Assembly: GCA_002633005.1 (NCBI GenBank)
Contig: NMRA01000536.1
Span: 199,826 to 263,825 of the forward strand
DNA length: 64,000 nucleotides
DNA from: Phoronis australis
Lineage: Eukaryota > Animalia > Phoronida
Direction of reading: 5' to 3'
In this document: piece after piece, positions 20,776-32,728 of the stretch
How the letters are laid out: each line of letters opens with the position of its first letter
How positions within the stretch are numbered: the stretch's first letter is position 1
Position numbers and translations under genes: made by a program
The notes under the pieces: model-generated
Told to the model about the DNA's origin: nothing
What the model saw: the letters and a program-made list of their open reading frames with translations, nothing else
The model's database searches: none

Positions 20776-23192
20776 TTTATTGTCGCCGCTTTAATCTGCT
20801 GTAAGGTTACGCCTTATGACAGGAATGATAATTATACAACACGCCACTTCTACTCATAATTCAGAGAAATTTATTTTATAAAGTTACAACAGTATGACCA
20901 ATACAATACACATTTGCGGTTTTGAGAACAAGTTTGATGCCTTTTATTCAGTGGAGAAATTGGTTTACAAAATGCGGGATCACTGTAAGAGACTAATATT
21001 ACGGAGATTCCCGGTGTACTGTGGGAATGTTCGAAGTCTACAACGGTAGCACCTATAACATATTTTTTCACCCCTATTCAAATACCTGTGCATGTGGCGA
21101 AACTCACTCTGCATCCCATGGAAACGAATAATTTAACACGAATCTTACCACTCTATGCAAAGCTTTTGACAAGCACTGCACTGTCTAGGCCATGAGAATC
21201 GAAGAAGAATGAGGGCTCTACCGACACCTTTCGGTCATTTTCATTCACAGCAATTTAGCCTACGCAAATTGACAAGGCCGAATTGCACGATTTTCCAGTT
21301 GCCTACAACATTCTGCCATATAGCTGTGGCAGAGGGTATTTCCCATCCCGAATATCTGGGAGAGTAAAAGTCCTATTTCGATTTTGGTTTCGACCCATCT
21401 AAACAGGGCGAAAAGCAGCTTTAAATAACGCATTAAAAAACTAAAAGTAAAAAATATATTTATTTAATATTATGTAATATGTGAATACTACAACGTTGGA
21501 GAAATATTCCGAAAGGTGGACAATTAATTGCCTTAAACGGAAATTATCGGTTTTAGGGGCGAAAAAGGCTGTTACGGATAATTGTTGGATGGGATAGAAT
21601 TCTTAGGTTTGTCCTGTGCTATAGAACAATATAATCCATTGTATTTTAGTGAATTTATTATGAATCGTCAGTTGTTTCCGCTGCCTGTCAGACGTTCGCT
21701 GAAGTAACTTTATTTGTAAAATACGTTTAAAATACTTTGCCATTATCGAGTGGGATTTAAATCCGCCTGCAGAGCGTTGGACCTCGATTGCGAGGTTCGC
21801 AGTTTTAGGGTTAGTCAGCTCAAATAAACTCTGGAGCGTTCTCGAGTCGCTGGCGATTTCAATGTTGTTTATGACAGATTTTGTGAACTTCAGTGACTTA
21901 ACTGTTTTCCACATTAAAAGTCTTATTACCGAAGCTACGCTCAATACAGCTGCAAATGTATTCTCGCGACTTTTCCAGTTTTATAAGAATTTTTGTTCAT
22001 AAAACTTGAGATAGCATAAAGAACGCATTCCGCAAACTCGCTAATAACAAACGCAACCTCGCACTGGACTAGCTGCTGGCATCATTACAGACAAAGGATT
22101 AGGATAATAAAATTCACAGTAGCAACAAATTAAACAGAGGGACACCCTTGTTGACGTGTTCACCATCTTCAAGGAGACAGGCACATAGACGACTTGACCC
22201 CACAAACGCTTGTGTGCACATCGCCTGCTTGCAGTGTGCAGCCTGCATCGGGATGATATCAGACTGACAAGATTCATAGCTACTTTTAGAATGCGTTCCT
22301 CGTCATCTGTCCGGCTTGTTCGTACTGTAGGCATAGAACTTCCCAATTTATACCTTTTGAATGTTAAACGTTGGGTAAAATTAAAAGCAATAGGTACTTG
22401 TGGTCTTCATAGTTGTCATTGCTGGCTTACGCGTCGTATTCGAATCCATGCTAATTGTTTTTCAGAGAAAACTGAGGTGCTGCAAAACAAAAATTTTTTG
22501 ATATAATATTTCTTATCTTATTAAAGACAGGGTTTGTTGAAGCATTCCACAAACATTAAGCGATTCCCTCAATTAAGTTCTTCATCCAAATAAGTGTTTC
22601 CTCGAAAACCCGCCTCATCGAATATTATGGCAAATGGATTATTTTATCAAAAAAATAAGAAAAACAATGCGTATTTATTTAATGTATACAGGGACACCGA
22701 TTGTTATCGTTTACTCGGTAGTTACGCTTGATTAACTGCGGCTGTTCCGCCGGTCAACCGGGTAAGACATCTGATTGATTCTCGTTGACAGGCCAATAAG
22801 ACGTGGTGACGACATTGTAGTGCAGCCAACTTTTTTACATAAAACCAGTCAAACTTCATGACAGAAATGCAGTCATTCATTCGTGTAACGGAAAGCAGAT
22901 TAATACTTGGGTGGAAATCAGGCTTTATTATGACATCATTCTACTTGGCATATGAAATGAACATGCTGCTAGGCCTAACTGATTTTAAATCTTACTCTTA
23001 AAGCCGCCCGAAACACGCGCTCTGCTTCGTGATTACATAAAAATTTATAATAATATTAGAACAGCCACTGCCACAGAACAGTTCTCAAACTTGTTCCTTG
23101 CTCAGGTGAGAAGTGGTCTCTGGCTGGGGTCACGAAATATCTGAAAGTTACAAGAATACCAAACCTGGCAGTTTCGGCCTGTTAACGGATAC

Positions 23193-23349
23193 CAGGGGCG
23201 GATTCAGAAATTTTGAGTTGGGGGGGTGGGGCAGGGCACAGGAATAACCAGAATTTCGGCAGATGCGCTCGCCCAGCCTAAAATGGTATCTGCTAGAATT
23301 TTAGGGGGGGGGGTCATGTCCCCCTTTTCCCTCCCTAAATCCGCAACTG
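23193..23349. mobile_element. 157-bp MITE with CAG termini and 5-bp TSD
   Basis: caggggcggatt ... aatccgcaactg; GATAC directly repeated at 23188-23192 and 23350-23354. Related fragments at ~23920-23947 and ~50353-50482. Confidence 0.8.
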
Positions 23350-24359
23350 GATACTGAAAACGACTTTCCATACACTTCTCTGAAACAAAATATTGGTCTG
23401 TAATCATCCGAGTAACCCTGAACTGTTCGAAGAAATTTTTTGAAAACTCCTCACAAAGTCCTCTTAACGCCGGGCAAGCGTGACCTTTACACGTCAACTG
23501 TAGGGAAAAACCACCAACCAAGAACTATTATCTAATCTATGACACTGAGAGTTTGAGTTTTTAGTTAAATCATGCTTTTATTGCTCAAGTAGGACGGCAA
23601 TGACACATCAGCAGGTGACAGAACGAGGATTGGTTGAAATCACCAAAACAATGGTTTAAGCCATCGTTTTCAATATTGTACACCAGGCACGACAAGTTAT
23701 CTTGTGACGTCAGGTCATTTCACGTGCAAACATTATGGAACGGTTAGTGTTTTCCAAGCCGAGAACTAAAAGTACGAGTTGATAAAGCAAAACTGCATTG
23801 GTTAAGCACAACAATGCGCAGAAAGGTACTCGTTTAAGAATCCTTTGACGTTGGGTTCATAGCTTTGTTGCAGTTCTGAGACCTGATCAACAAGCCGGCG
23901 CCGTCGTGTTTTTTGGTCATGCCCCCCCTCCCCTAAATCCGCCTGTGCTGGGTGTCTCTGGGTCTAATAACATATATTATGTTAGGCAATTACATCGCTC
24001 TGATTGCCGCAGGCATACAGGGGCGATAGTGCATCCCCATAAAAAATTACACATCTCAAAATACAGCGAAAAAATCGAAAGAAACATGCATATAAGCACA
24101 TGGAGTTATAATTAACACATACCATGACTCTAGATACAATTTACTCAACATAATTTGCACGATATCCATGAAAATCTGTACTGAAAAGTGGCCCATGCTT
24201 CACCAAAGATATGTACAGAACCAGAAAGGTTCGCTGAAGAAAGTAAGCGCTTTTTAAAGTGATAATTGGTAAGTGTAAAATGAATTTTTGACGATGTGAA
24301 AACCTCTAAGTCGGTGAGGGGATTTCGCTTACCGCCCTCTGGGAAGTATTGTAGCCTCT

Positions 24360-24668
24360 ATCCAGCCAATGGAGAGGCTACGTTTTGCCTAATAGTGTGT
24401 TAGTCACTTTCTTCTTCCCACGCTTTTCCCAACGCATGATTATTGTTTCCTGATACCGGGCCCGCGATAGAAGTAGAATGTAGATTATATACCCTTAGCG
24501 GTACCAGAAAACTATTTTTGACTGTAAACAACAGATGTCGCTGGATTATTCACAGATACCCATGCAGAAGACACGCTAACAGAAGGAATGTTGACACGCC
24601 GCAACTTTCACTGACACAGGCAAGTTTTCGGTTGCGCTGTACAAAACACGGATCACACAGCCAAGCAG
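24360..24668 (+). promoter_or_regulatory. Candidate promoter / non-coding first exon, possibly of Gli
   Basis: AGCCAAT at 24364, Inr-like sequence at ~24400, strong donor CAG|gtaggt at 24669. Downstream DNA becomes G/T-skewed and CpG-poor, like a transcribed intron (qualitative). Confidence 0.3.
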
Positions 24669-27284
24669 GTAGGTTTTCACTTATTCAAAATAGATGAAAT
24701 TATGTTTTTGTTCATTAGTTCTTTATTGTCCATGGCCATCGTTGTGAAGTGCCCGAACTCGAAGGGAAACTCACTCGCGCAGTCGGCGTGTTAGCTATTC
24801 ACACAAAGTACCGGGGACAGTGCCGTGGTGTCTGGCGATAAAACATGGTGAATTGACAGGAATGTCCGACAGTTGGCGAGCATGGTGATCTTCTCAGATC
24901 AAATTCAATTTCGAATCTGAGACTGGGCTCAGTTATTTTAAATTCAATAGCACAAGACAAAACCTGCTGGCCTACAGTCTAATTTCACAGGATTAAGCTG
25001 TAATTTCCGAATAGGTCTTCAGTGACACTTTTCACAATAATACGACTTCACAAGTTCTCGACTCCATGCCACTGTGTTTCTTTTTGAAACGATTTCTAAA
25101 GAAAGTTTATGTTGTTTTTTAACAGTGGAACATGCTTAATGTGTAGCATTTTTCATAAATTGATGAAGGCTAATAATGACTAGTTCCAGGAAATATTTTT
25201 ACACCAAACACATTTCTGTTCTCCTTCACTGTTACTTTAAATTTTGACGGAAGGAAAGACTTTATGTTACTGTTTTTATGACTTCTTACTGAATTTACAT
25301 TGAGTAGATGTGTCAGCAAAGTCTGTCTGTTTTATATCGAGATCTTTCTAACTAGAAAACGACATGTTAACATTCACTTCAGATGAGCTTAAAATTAATT
25401 CCCGGTTTACCCTTGGGGAAAATTGTAGCCTAAAAATGTTAGTACATGTTATTAAGAAAAAATTGTGATATCTGCATTTTACAAATGTTTTGGATTTTGG
25501 GTGTGTTTTGAGTTACAAGCGATTCATTGATGTAAAACACATCACCATTTGCCTAACTTAAAATATATAGCAGTTTTGTAAAACACTTTTTGATGCTGGT
25601 CACACTATTTTTTCATGAATTTCATTGGAGTAAATTGGTCATGTCAAAAACACACAATTTTTCATCAACTTGATTCTAGTAATTTGGACATTTCGAAGAT
25701 GGTGAATGATAAGTTAGCCAATTAAACTAGTTTTCACTCCATCATGTCTTTCTCATCTTTCCCCATGTAGGGGAAATATTGGTGACTCTATAGATTCACG
25801 CAGCCATTGTTTCCTAACCTCAGGAAAAGCACATGATTTTGGATGCCCGGTACTGTTGACTGAGTGAAAATGTGGGCACAGGTTTTGTACAGGATTGACA
25901 AAATTACTGTTTTAATGAACATTAGTATCTGCCAAGCTTGCACTGTATTTTAGACTAACTTTTGTCTTACTTTGTATCCAGATTGAAATTTCTCAGTAGC
26001 CTTCATTTTTAGTCACACTCCTATCCTATGTGTTCGCTGGAACGCTACTAAGTGGTTGAAAACTAGTAGACTTGTGGTTGGAAAAATGACATGTAACAAA
26101 ACCAAAAATTTGATCAGATATTATAACATGATATTGACACATATCCCTGCCTTGAAAAAAATATTTTCTATGTCTGTAGTTCGAGCCTGACTTGGCCAGT
26201 GATGGGTAGTCAAAATGCCAATTTTTGCTATTGTAAAAGTAAAAGCATGTTTCATGGAGTATTTGATCACTGAAGATGTTAAAAATCTGTGTTTTATTTA
26301 CGATCGCACATTTTTCCCACCGGAAATGACTTTGATTTGCAATTACTTGTTCACCAATTCTTTGCAATTTTGTAACCTGTAGATATATGCTTGTTTATTA
26401 AGTTTATGTTGAGACTGATTCCGTAATGTAAACCATATAAAAGGCTGGTTGTGTTTTGAGACTGGACATTTTTGCTTTGTTTCTTGGTTATGTTTGTACA
26501 TGCTTCTGTAGCTGATTAACGATAATTTATTGGAATTTCCTTCTCTAGTAGAAAAAAGAGGTTAATTATCTAGATATTTTTGTGTTTTTGGTTTTAAGCA
26601 ATTGTGGAACTATTTATTCAATTAATCACCTGCTTTTGTAAAGTGACATTTACAACAATCTTCAGATAGGAAGCCAAGTGACCATGAAATGAAATCTAAT
26701 TTGCATAAGTCTTATGTTCTGAGCTATGGTGCAGAGTTTGAAATACATAGCTGTGATCACTTCATGTGTATATTGATGCAAGCTAGTTTCTCTATAGGGA
26801 TGAATTTATGGCCAAAACAGGATTGTTGTTGGTTGGGACAGACTTCTTGAAGTTATTAGCTTTGACAAAAACTAGTGAAGAAATTCAAATATTTTTCTAA
26901 TTTTATTAAGACTCACCAATTCCTGATGTTGACCTCAGCCATTTGGTAGATTAATTGAACTCCAGTAGCCTTGTCAGTTGAATACGCTAAAACAGCCAAG
27001 CATCAGAGTGCAATCTCAGTGATCAGTGATCGTGGGTTCTAATCCATTTTAGGGTTGATCTCAAATACACAATATTTTCACCAACAAATCATAATGTCAC
27101 TCTAAATTTGGGCATCCTATCAGGGATATTCCTGACCAGGTTTGAACCTGTACCCCTTGGGTGCAACTGATGATAAAAAGTGTGCCATTTTCCGAAAAGT
27201 TGTGCCCAGCAGACTCAGTGCAATTAAAGTGGTAGCATATGAAACAGAAACCCCAAGGGCAATCGAAATAAGAACAGTTATGTT

Positions 27285-29687
27285 CAGGGCTCGACGCTAT
27301 GAAAATCTCCAAGTCGCGTTTTGCGATCCAGCCAAAATCCCAGGTCGCATTTTCAAAATCCAGCTCGCATTCATAAGTGCCAGGTCGCAAAATTTTCTCG
27401 CCATTTTACGCGCCAAAACTGATTTTTTAGATCACCGAGAAAAAGTATAGTATATGCTATCACCTGCAGTGTTAAATACTCATGAATTTCAGATCCCAAA
27501 ATTGACTTCTTTCATGCAGGTTCGACCGCCATTGAAATGCTCTAGAGCGCAAGGCAAGGTGAATCAGTGCTCTCTAACTGAAACGAGCATTCGAGTAGCT
27601 AAGTTTGCGATGTGAAAAGCGAGAAAATGCCTGTTGAAAAAGTATCCGGGAATTTGTTAGGACTGACCTGCCACTGGCTGTCATCAAAGTCATTAAAGAT
27701 TCAAGTTCACTCGGACTGCAAATTCCCTCCACTTTTTGTTCGAAGCCCAAATTTTGCAATTCAACTTGACGTTTGAAAAACTTGTGTCAAAAAAAATCCG
27801 TGAAACGATGCCCTAACGAAATAACCTATTTGGATGCACGGGAACCATTCAGTGCAAATTTCACAACAAAAATGTGGTGCTTGTGCTGTTTACGTACTCA
27901 ACAATTAGTTTTCCATGAAATGAATAGCCTCGAAACAATTCCCGACTTCCTCCGTGTGGGTTTCCATCATGTAAGGGCGAGTTTGCTCCTCAATACCTTC
28001 CAAGTACGGTGAAAGTAGGTGAGTCACAAAATAAAACGCTTCTCACTAATGTTAACTTTCTTTCAGAGGTATAAAACAAGGTCGGAATTTTGTTTTTACA
28101 TATTGAGAAAAGATGTTTTTTGAAAACTGAATTTGTTGTGTAAAATGAGAGTGGCACGAGGCTGCGAGTCAATTTTAAACCACCCGCGGTCGTTTGTAGT
28201 GCGCTATCATGGGCGCTAGCCTGAACTGTGGGCGCTTAATAGGAAATTTTCAAAAGCTGAGGGGGAACGCTTAGCAGAGCAGTGAGCGCTTATTATGAAA
28301 GACATCAAAGGTAGGGAGTAGGCTTGTGCGTAAGCATAGTCGTTAACCTGGGTTTTTGCAGTATTAAGACGTCAAAAGACTACAATGGTAAGAAACGTTA
28401 TAATAATACGATTTTGCGAGGCAAACTCCATCCGTTAAGGGTGACATTCTGGCTATTGTTACCACCTACACTGTACCATTTTTAGCCACCCGAAATTATT
28501 TTGTTGTCAGGTGGAACAAGATTGTTTCTATTGGAGTCTGAGCATTTTACGGTGATAGTCCGGGAGCGAAAAGTTGGCGGGGGAGGTATATGAAAAGAAG
28601 AATAAAAAGTTCGCTAACCACAATTTCGCATCTAGTACCTGTTTAGTTGCAATAGCTGGCTATGGGCATATACTATAGGATTTAGGAAACATCGACCTCG
28701 GGAAACATCGGAACAGGAATATATCAGTTCTGGGTTATCCTGGGCAATATCGTAAGGCATCGGTTCTTTTATAACCTCCAGGAATCTATGAGTTAATTTT
28801 GAAATAAACCACTGGCACCTGGGTGCTAAACAGAGCCAAGCCGGTATACTCTTTCATTTAGGACTGTCGCTATTCTCTTTTGGTGTGCAGCTTTGAAGTG
28901 GTGCACACGTGTGAGTTCATGCAATTGAATCGCTGGAGTAGGCCTACAATTTACATTGGCAACAGCGTGTGAAATACAAATCATATTTTACGCACATGGC
29001 CCCAGAAACAAGTAAAGGGGTTTGAGAAATTGTTGGCAACTGAAAGTAAAGACGTGGCCGTCATTTGGCGATTAATAGGGTTGTCATTCTCACTTTGGCT
29101 GCCTTATGCGATAAAAACGAGACGCACATCTCTAAATCACGATTGTCTGCCGAGACCGCTTGCGCGCTAACAACGGGACCGACCAGTACTGCAGTGCGAT
29201 ATCAGGGTATTCTCGTGGATATTTGGTACATGTATTAAGAACATCTTACGCGAAAAATAAACATATTTGTCCTCCACAAAGTTTGGTAAGTTGATCGCTT
29301 AAGAATTAGTAGAAACACCGCTGTTTTGTGTCGTTTTTTTCACGTGTTATGCAGTGGCCCGAAACTTTCTTTGGTGAATCCGGAAATTTGCAAAAGTGGC
29401 TGAAAATGTTAGCTTCAAAGATTGATTCTGCATTATCCCATGTTCACGCGACTTGCTTACAAGTCATCGGGAGGACTGTTCTCGGTTAGTGTTCTTCTAA
29501 ACTTGGATTTGGCAACAACCAAATAACGATTGTATTAACGAGTGTTGCTTGATATTTGCCAGGTATCTGCCAAGAAGTGTAAAAACTCAGCTCGCATTTG
29601 TTGGATATTCCACGTCGCATATTGCGATTTGACATTTCGAAATTTCAGGTCGCAAATGCGACCTGCAGCCCGTTATGTCGAGCCCCG
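27285..29687. mobile_element. 2.4-kb non-autonomous DNA transposon with 5-bp TSD
   Basis: TIR CAGGGCTCGAC / GTCGAGCCCCG; ATGTT at 27280-27284 and 29688-29692; subterminal CAG(G/C)TCGCA repeats at both ends. Confidence 0.85.
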
Positions 29688-31752
29688 ATGTTTTACCCGA
29701 CTGGCTGTAAGTTGACTAGAATCTTGGATTTTTGGAAGAGTGTTGCGTTTTAAAAAATACGCCCCGCTAGCGCAACATACTTGCGCTTTTTAAATTTTTT
29801 ATGTAGTAATGGCACAAAGGCGCTGGAACATCCCTGCCCTATGTTGTACTCAAGTTTTATGGAAAGTTGCTGCTGGAGAAAAGGTGATTGAGGCAAGAGG
29901 TTATGTGAACCTAAGCTTAGCTGAGTGGTGTATTTTTAACACTGGTGTGATAGCCAAGTAAATCTACTTCTAGGCAGAGTAATTTTTTGGGGCCCCCTGT
30001 GACCGTGACCACAAAAAACAATGCCGACAAGCCGTTTTTAGGGTCTAAGCAAACAAAAATTTCGAAAGTTGTGATTGCCTTTCGTGTTACAATATGTGCT
30101 AGGCTGGGCAATCCGTGGCTAGATATTCAGTAGGTGGCGCTAGTGGAAAAGAAATTATTTTTAAGATCTAGTTAGATTTGGACTGAGAATAGACAGCAAC
30201 TCATCATCAGGTTGTTCGTAGGATGAAATTCCTATGTGACTACCAGAATGCGTGCATTCCTCCGTGTTACACTAGCACCACCTTGTGATGTGGGAAGTTG
30301 CCCCATTTGCACCCTGTCAACTTTTCCCAGTGCAAGTGCCGCGTGGACAGAAGCGGTGTCATTGCTGAAACTATTGAAACTTTATTCTCATGATCCATGC
30401 AGTAGATGTCTTATTTATTTCTTGTGGACTCTTTCATATTTTTATTTTCTGTTTTTGTTTAAACCATCGGATCAATTTTTATGTGGAACATCGTGGAAAT
30501 TTATTTTCTTCAACTTTATCTTTGTAGTATGCATACGACTCCATGAATTATTTATTTTTCAGTGCTATATTTGCAATTTGCATTTTTCATTTGTTTTACT
30601 TTTTAAGTACATGTGTATTATCTGATAAACAAATCGAAACCCCCTCTCACTTGCTCCAGTACAAGGTGCTCCTGGCTTTATTCATTTGTGGTCTTTTTCA
30701 TCCAGAATTTGGTCTGATGCTCCCATTTCACAATTGCTGAATAGAATAAAGTTTTAGCCAAGTAATTAGGAGTGCATTTATAGAAAATATTTCAGAAACT
30801 AGCAGTAAAAGTAGTCTCAGAGACTTTCACTTTTGTTGAAGTAAGATTTGTCGTTTTTTGGAAATAGTTGTGTGGAGTGTAAGACCAAACTTCTGTCTTT
30901 AGTCAGGTTTCATGAAACAGACCCTAGAAGTATCCTGTGCTTGGGAAACTACTGCCTCACTGGACTGAACATGTTTGGGTAGTGGAGAATGTGGCAGTGT
31001 ACAAGGTGATTTTAATTACACTAGTGTGGCAAATGAGTTAAAGCTAGTTGGCATCTTTTCAACAGGGAAATTGCCTTTGACATCTGTTTGGTTGATGTAA
31101 AAATCACTGAGTGCTGACTGGACCTAGGACGGACTGCTGAGTTTAGACAGTATACAAGTAAAAATTTGCACAATTGGTGCCTGTGGTTATCAGATGTCTT
31201 GAATGGAGAATCTGTGCCTGATTTCTTACTCATGCCATATGCTAAAATCCATTTTACAGACATTGCTGGTTCCAACTGGGAATCTTACCGGTAGATCTCT
31301 TTGTAGCCTGACCGATCTAGGTTCTATCAGCTTATCTGTGGAAATACAAATTAGCACTCTTTCTTTTTCTTCTATTATACAGATTTTGTAATCATGTTGA
31401 ATATTTCAAGATTGAACTGGATAACAAAATCTGTTGAAACAACAGCGCATATCTTTCGTGAACATGCTTGCACCCCTTTTTCAGTTCAGCAGTTCTTTTT
31501 GCCTTGAAAAGGCACGACCATCAGAAGATTAGCTTGATTTTCTCGCTCATGCTGTCTGGCTCATTCAGCTGGAGCTCATATTGTCACACAGAAACAGTGT
31601 ACGGTAAATTTTTCTCAAAATGGAACAAAAATTTCAACCAAATTGTCATTTTTCATTTTTCAGACGCACATTGTATTGCCAAAAATGTTCAAAATTTCAA
31701 GTTTTTGTTGATGACAGCGGTACTGCATAAAGTTGTCAAATAATTGAGTAAA

Positions 31753-31896
31753 ATTGTAAACTCGTTTACTATTGTATACTCGTTTACTATTGTATACTCG
31801 TTTACTATTGTATACTCGTTTACTATTGTATACTCGTTTACTATTGTATACTCGTTTACTATTGTATACTCGTTTACTATTGTATACTCGTTTACT
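31753..31896. repeat. Minisatellite, 18-bp unit ATTGTATACTCGTTTACT x8
   Basis: Directly visible; accounts for the three repetitive ORFs in the track. Confidence 0.98.
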
Positions 31897-32231
31897 CTTG
31901 TTGAAAACTTTGACAGAATACAAGTTTGCTCTTCTGCCGTATTGTGTTGTTTTAAATTTGAAGATATTTACCCTTGTGTGTATAATTTTTTAGCTAAATT
32001 TGCCTCTGTGCTGTCTAATTTATTGACCAACTCTGTGTTCAAGGGAGTCCACTGCTAAACTGCTCTGATAACTTTGTCTGAAACTTTTAGTTGCTACACC
32101 TGGAATTGTAGTTAACTCCAAGAGAGCTGTCACATAAACTAGAGTGTTGTTAACTTCTTAACATGCCTAGTCAGGTGGTCTGGTACTTACCCCTAGTGTG
32201 CCCTCCTTGAATTAATACCCTGTTCACAACT

Positions 32232-32728
32232 TGGCTAAAACACTAGTGTTCCGCTAGCATTTTCTCTATTACCAGGATTTTCCATAGATAAGCCCACCCG
32301 ATGAAACGTTCATGGGCGTTTATTCGGAAAATTATGCCAAATAAACGCCCACGATGGGTGTTTATTTGGTGTTACAATGTAACTTCTGGTGTCAAGTATC
32401 CAGATAGTGGGGCGTTTACTTGAAAAATGTCCTCTTAAAAGCTCATTTTTAGCCACAAATGTAGAGCATTTATAAAAACGAACAAAGTTTTGCAAACTGT
32501 ATATCTATTAACTTGAAATTAAAAAACACAGTTTTGTGTAAAAAAAACTTGCTGATAATTTCATATCAGCCGAGGCTATGACTTTCCGTTTACTCACCCT
32601 CTTTCCGAATAAAGGCCCGCACATTTATTTGGTGTTACTGAAATACTGAAATGCCTGAAAATTTTCATTTTCCGAATTCCCCCCAAGGTGAATGAGTACT
32701 AGTCTCATTTTTACTAGTGTTTTAGCCA
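32232..32728. mobile_element. ~500-bp MITE
   Basis: Perfect 16-bp TIR TGGCTAAAACACTAGT / ACTAGTGTTTTAGCCA; internal hairpin tgggcgtttatt...aataaacgccca; no clear TSD. Confidence 0.75.

Noticed and set aside
21603-22346. Two adjacent ~100-aa minus-strand ORFs as a gene or pseudogene
   Set aside because: No recognisable motif or convincing splice structure; cannot be supported without a search.
31660-32058. YNSKRV / YSFTIV / YTRLLL repeat ORFs
   Set aside because: Translations of an 18-bp minisatellite, with no splice or promoter support.
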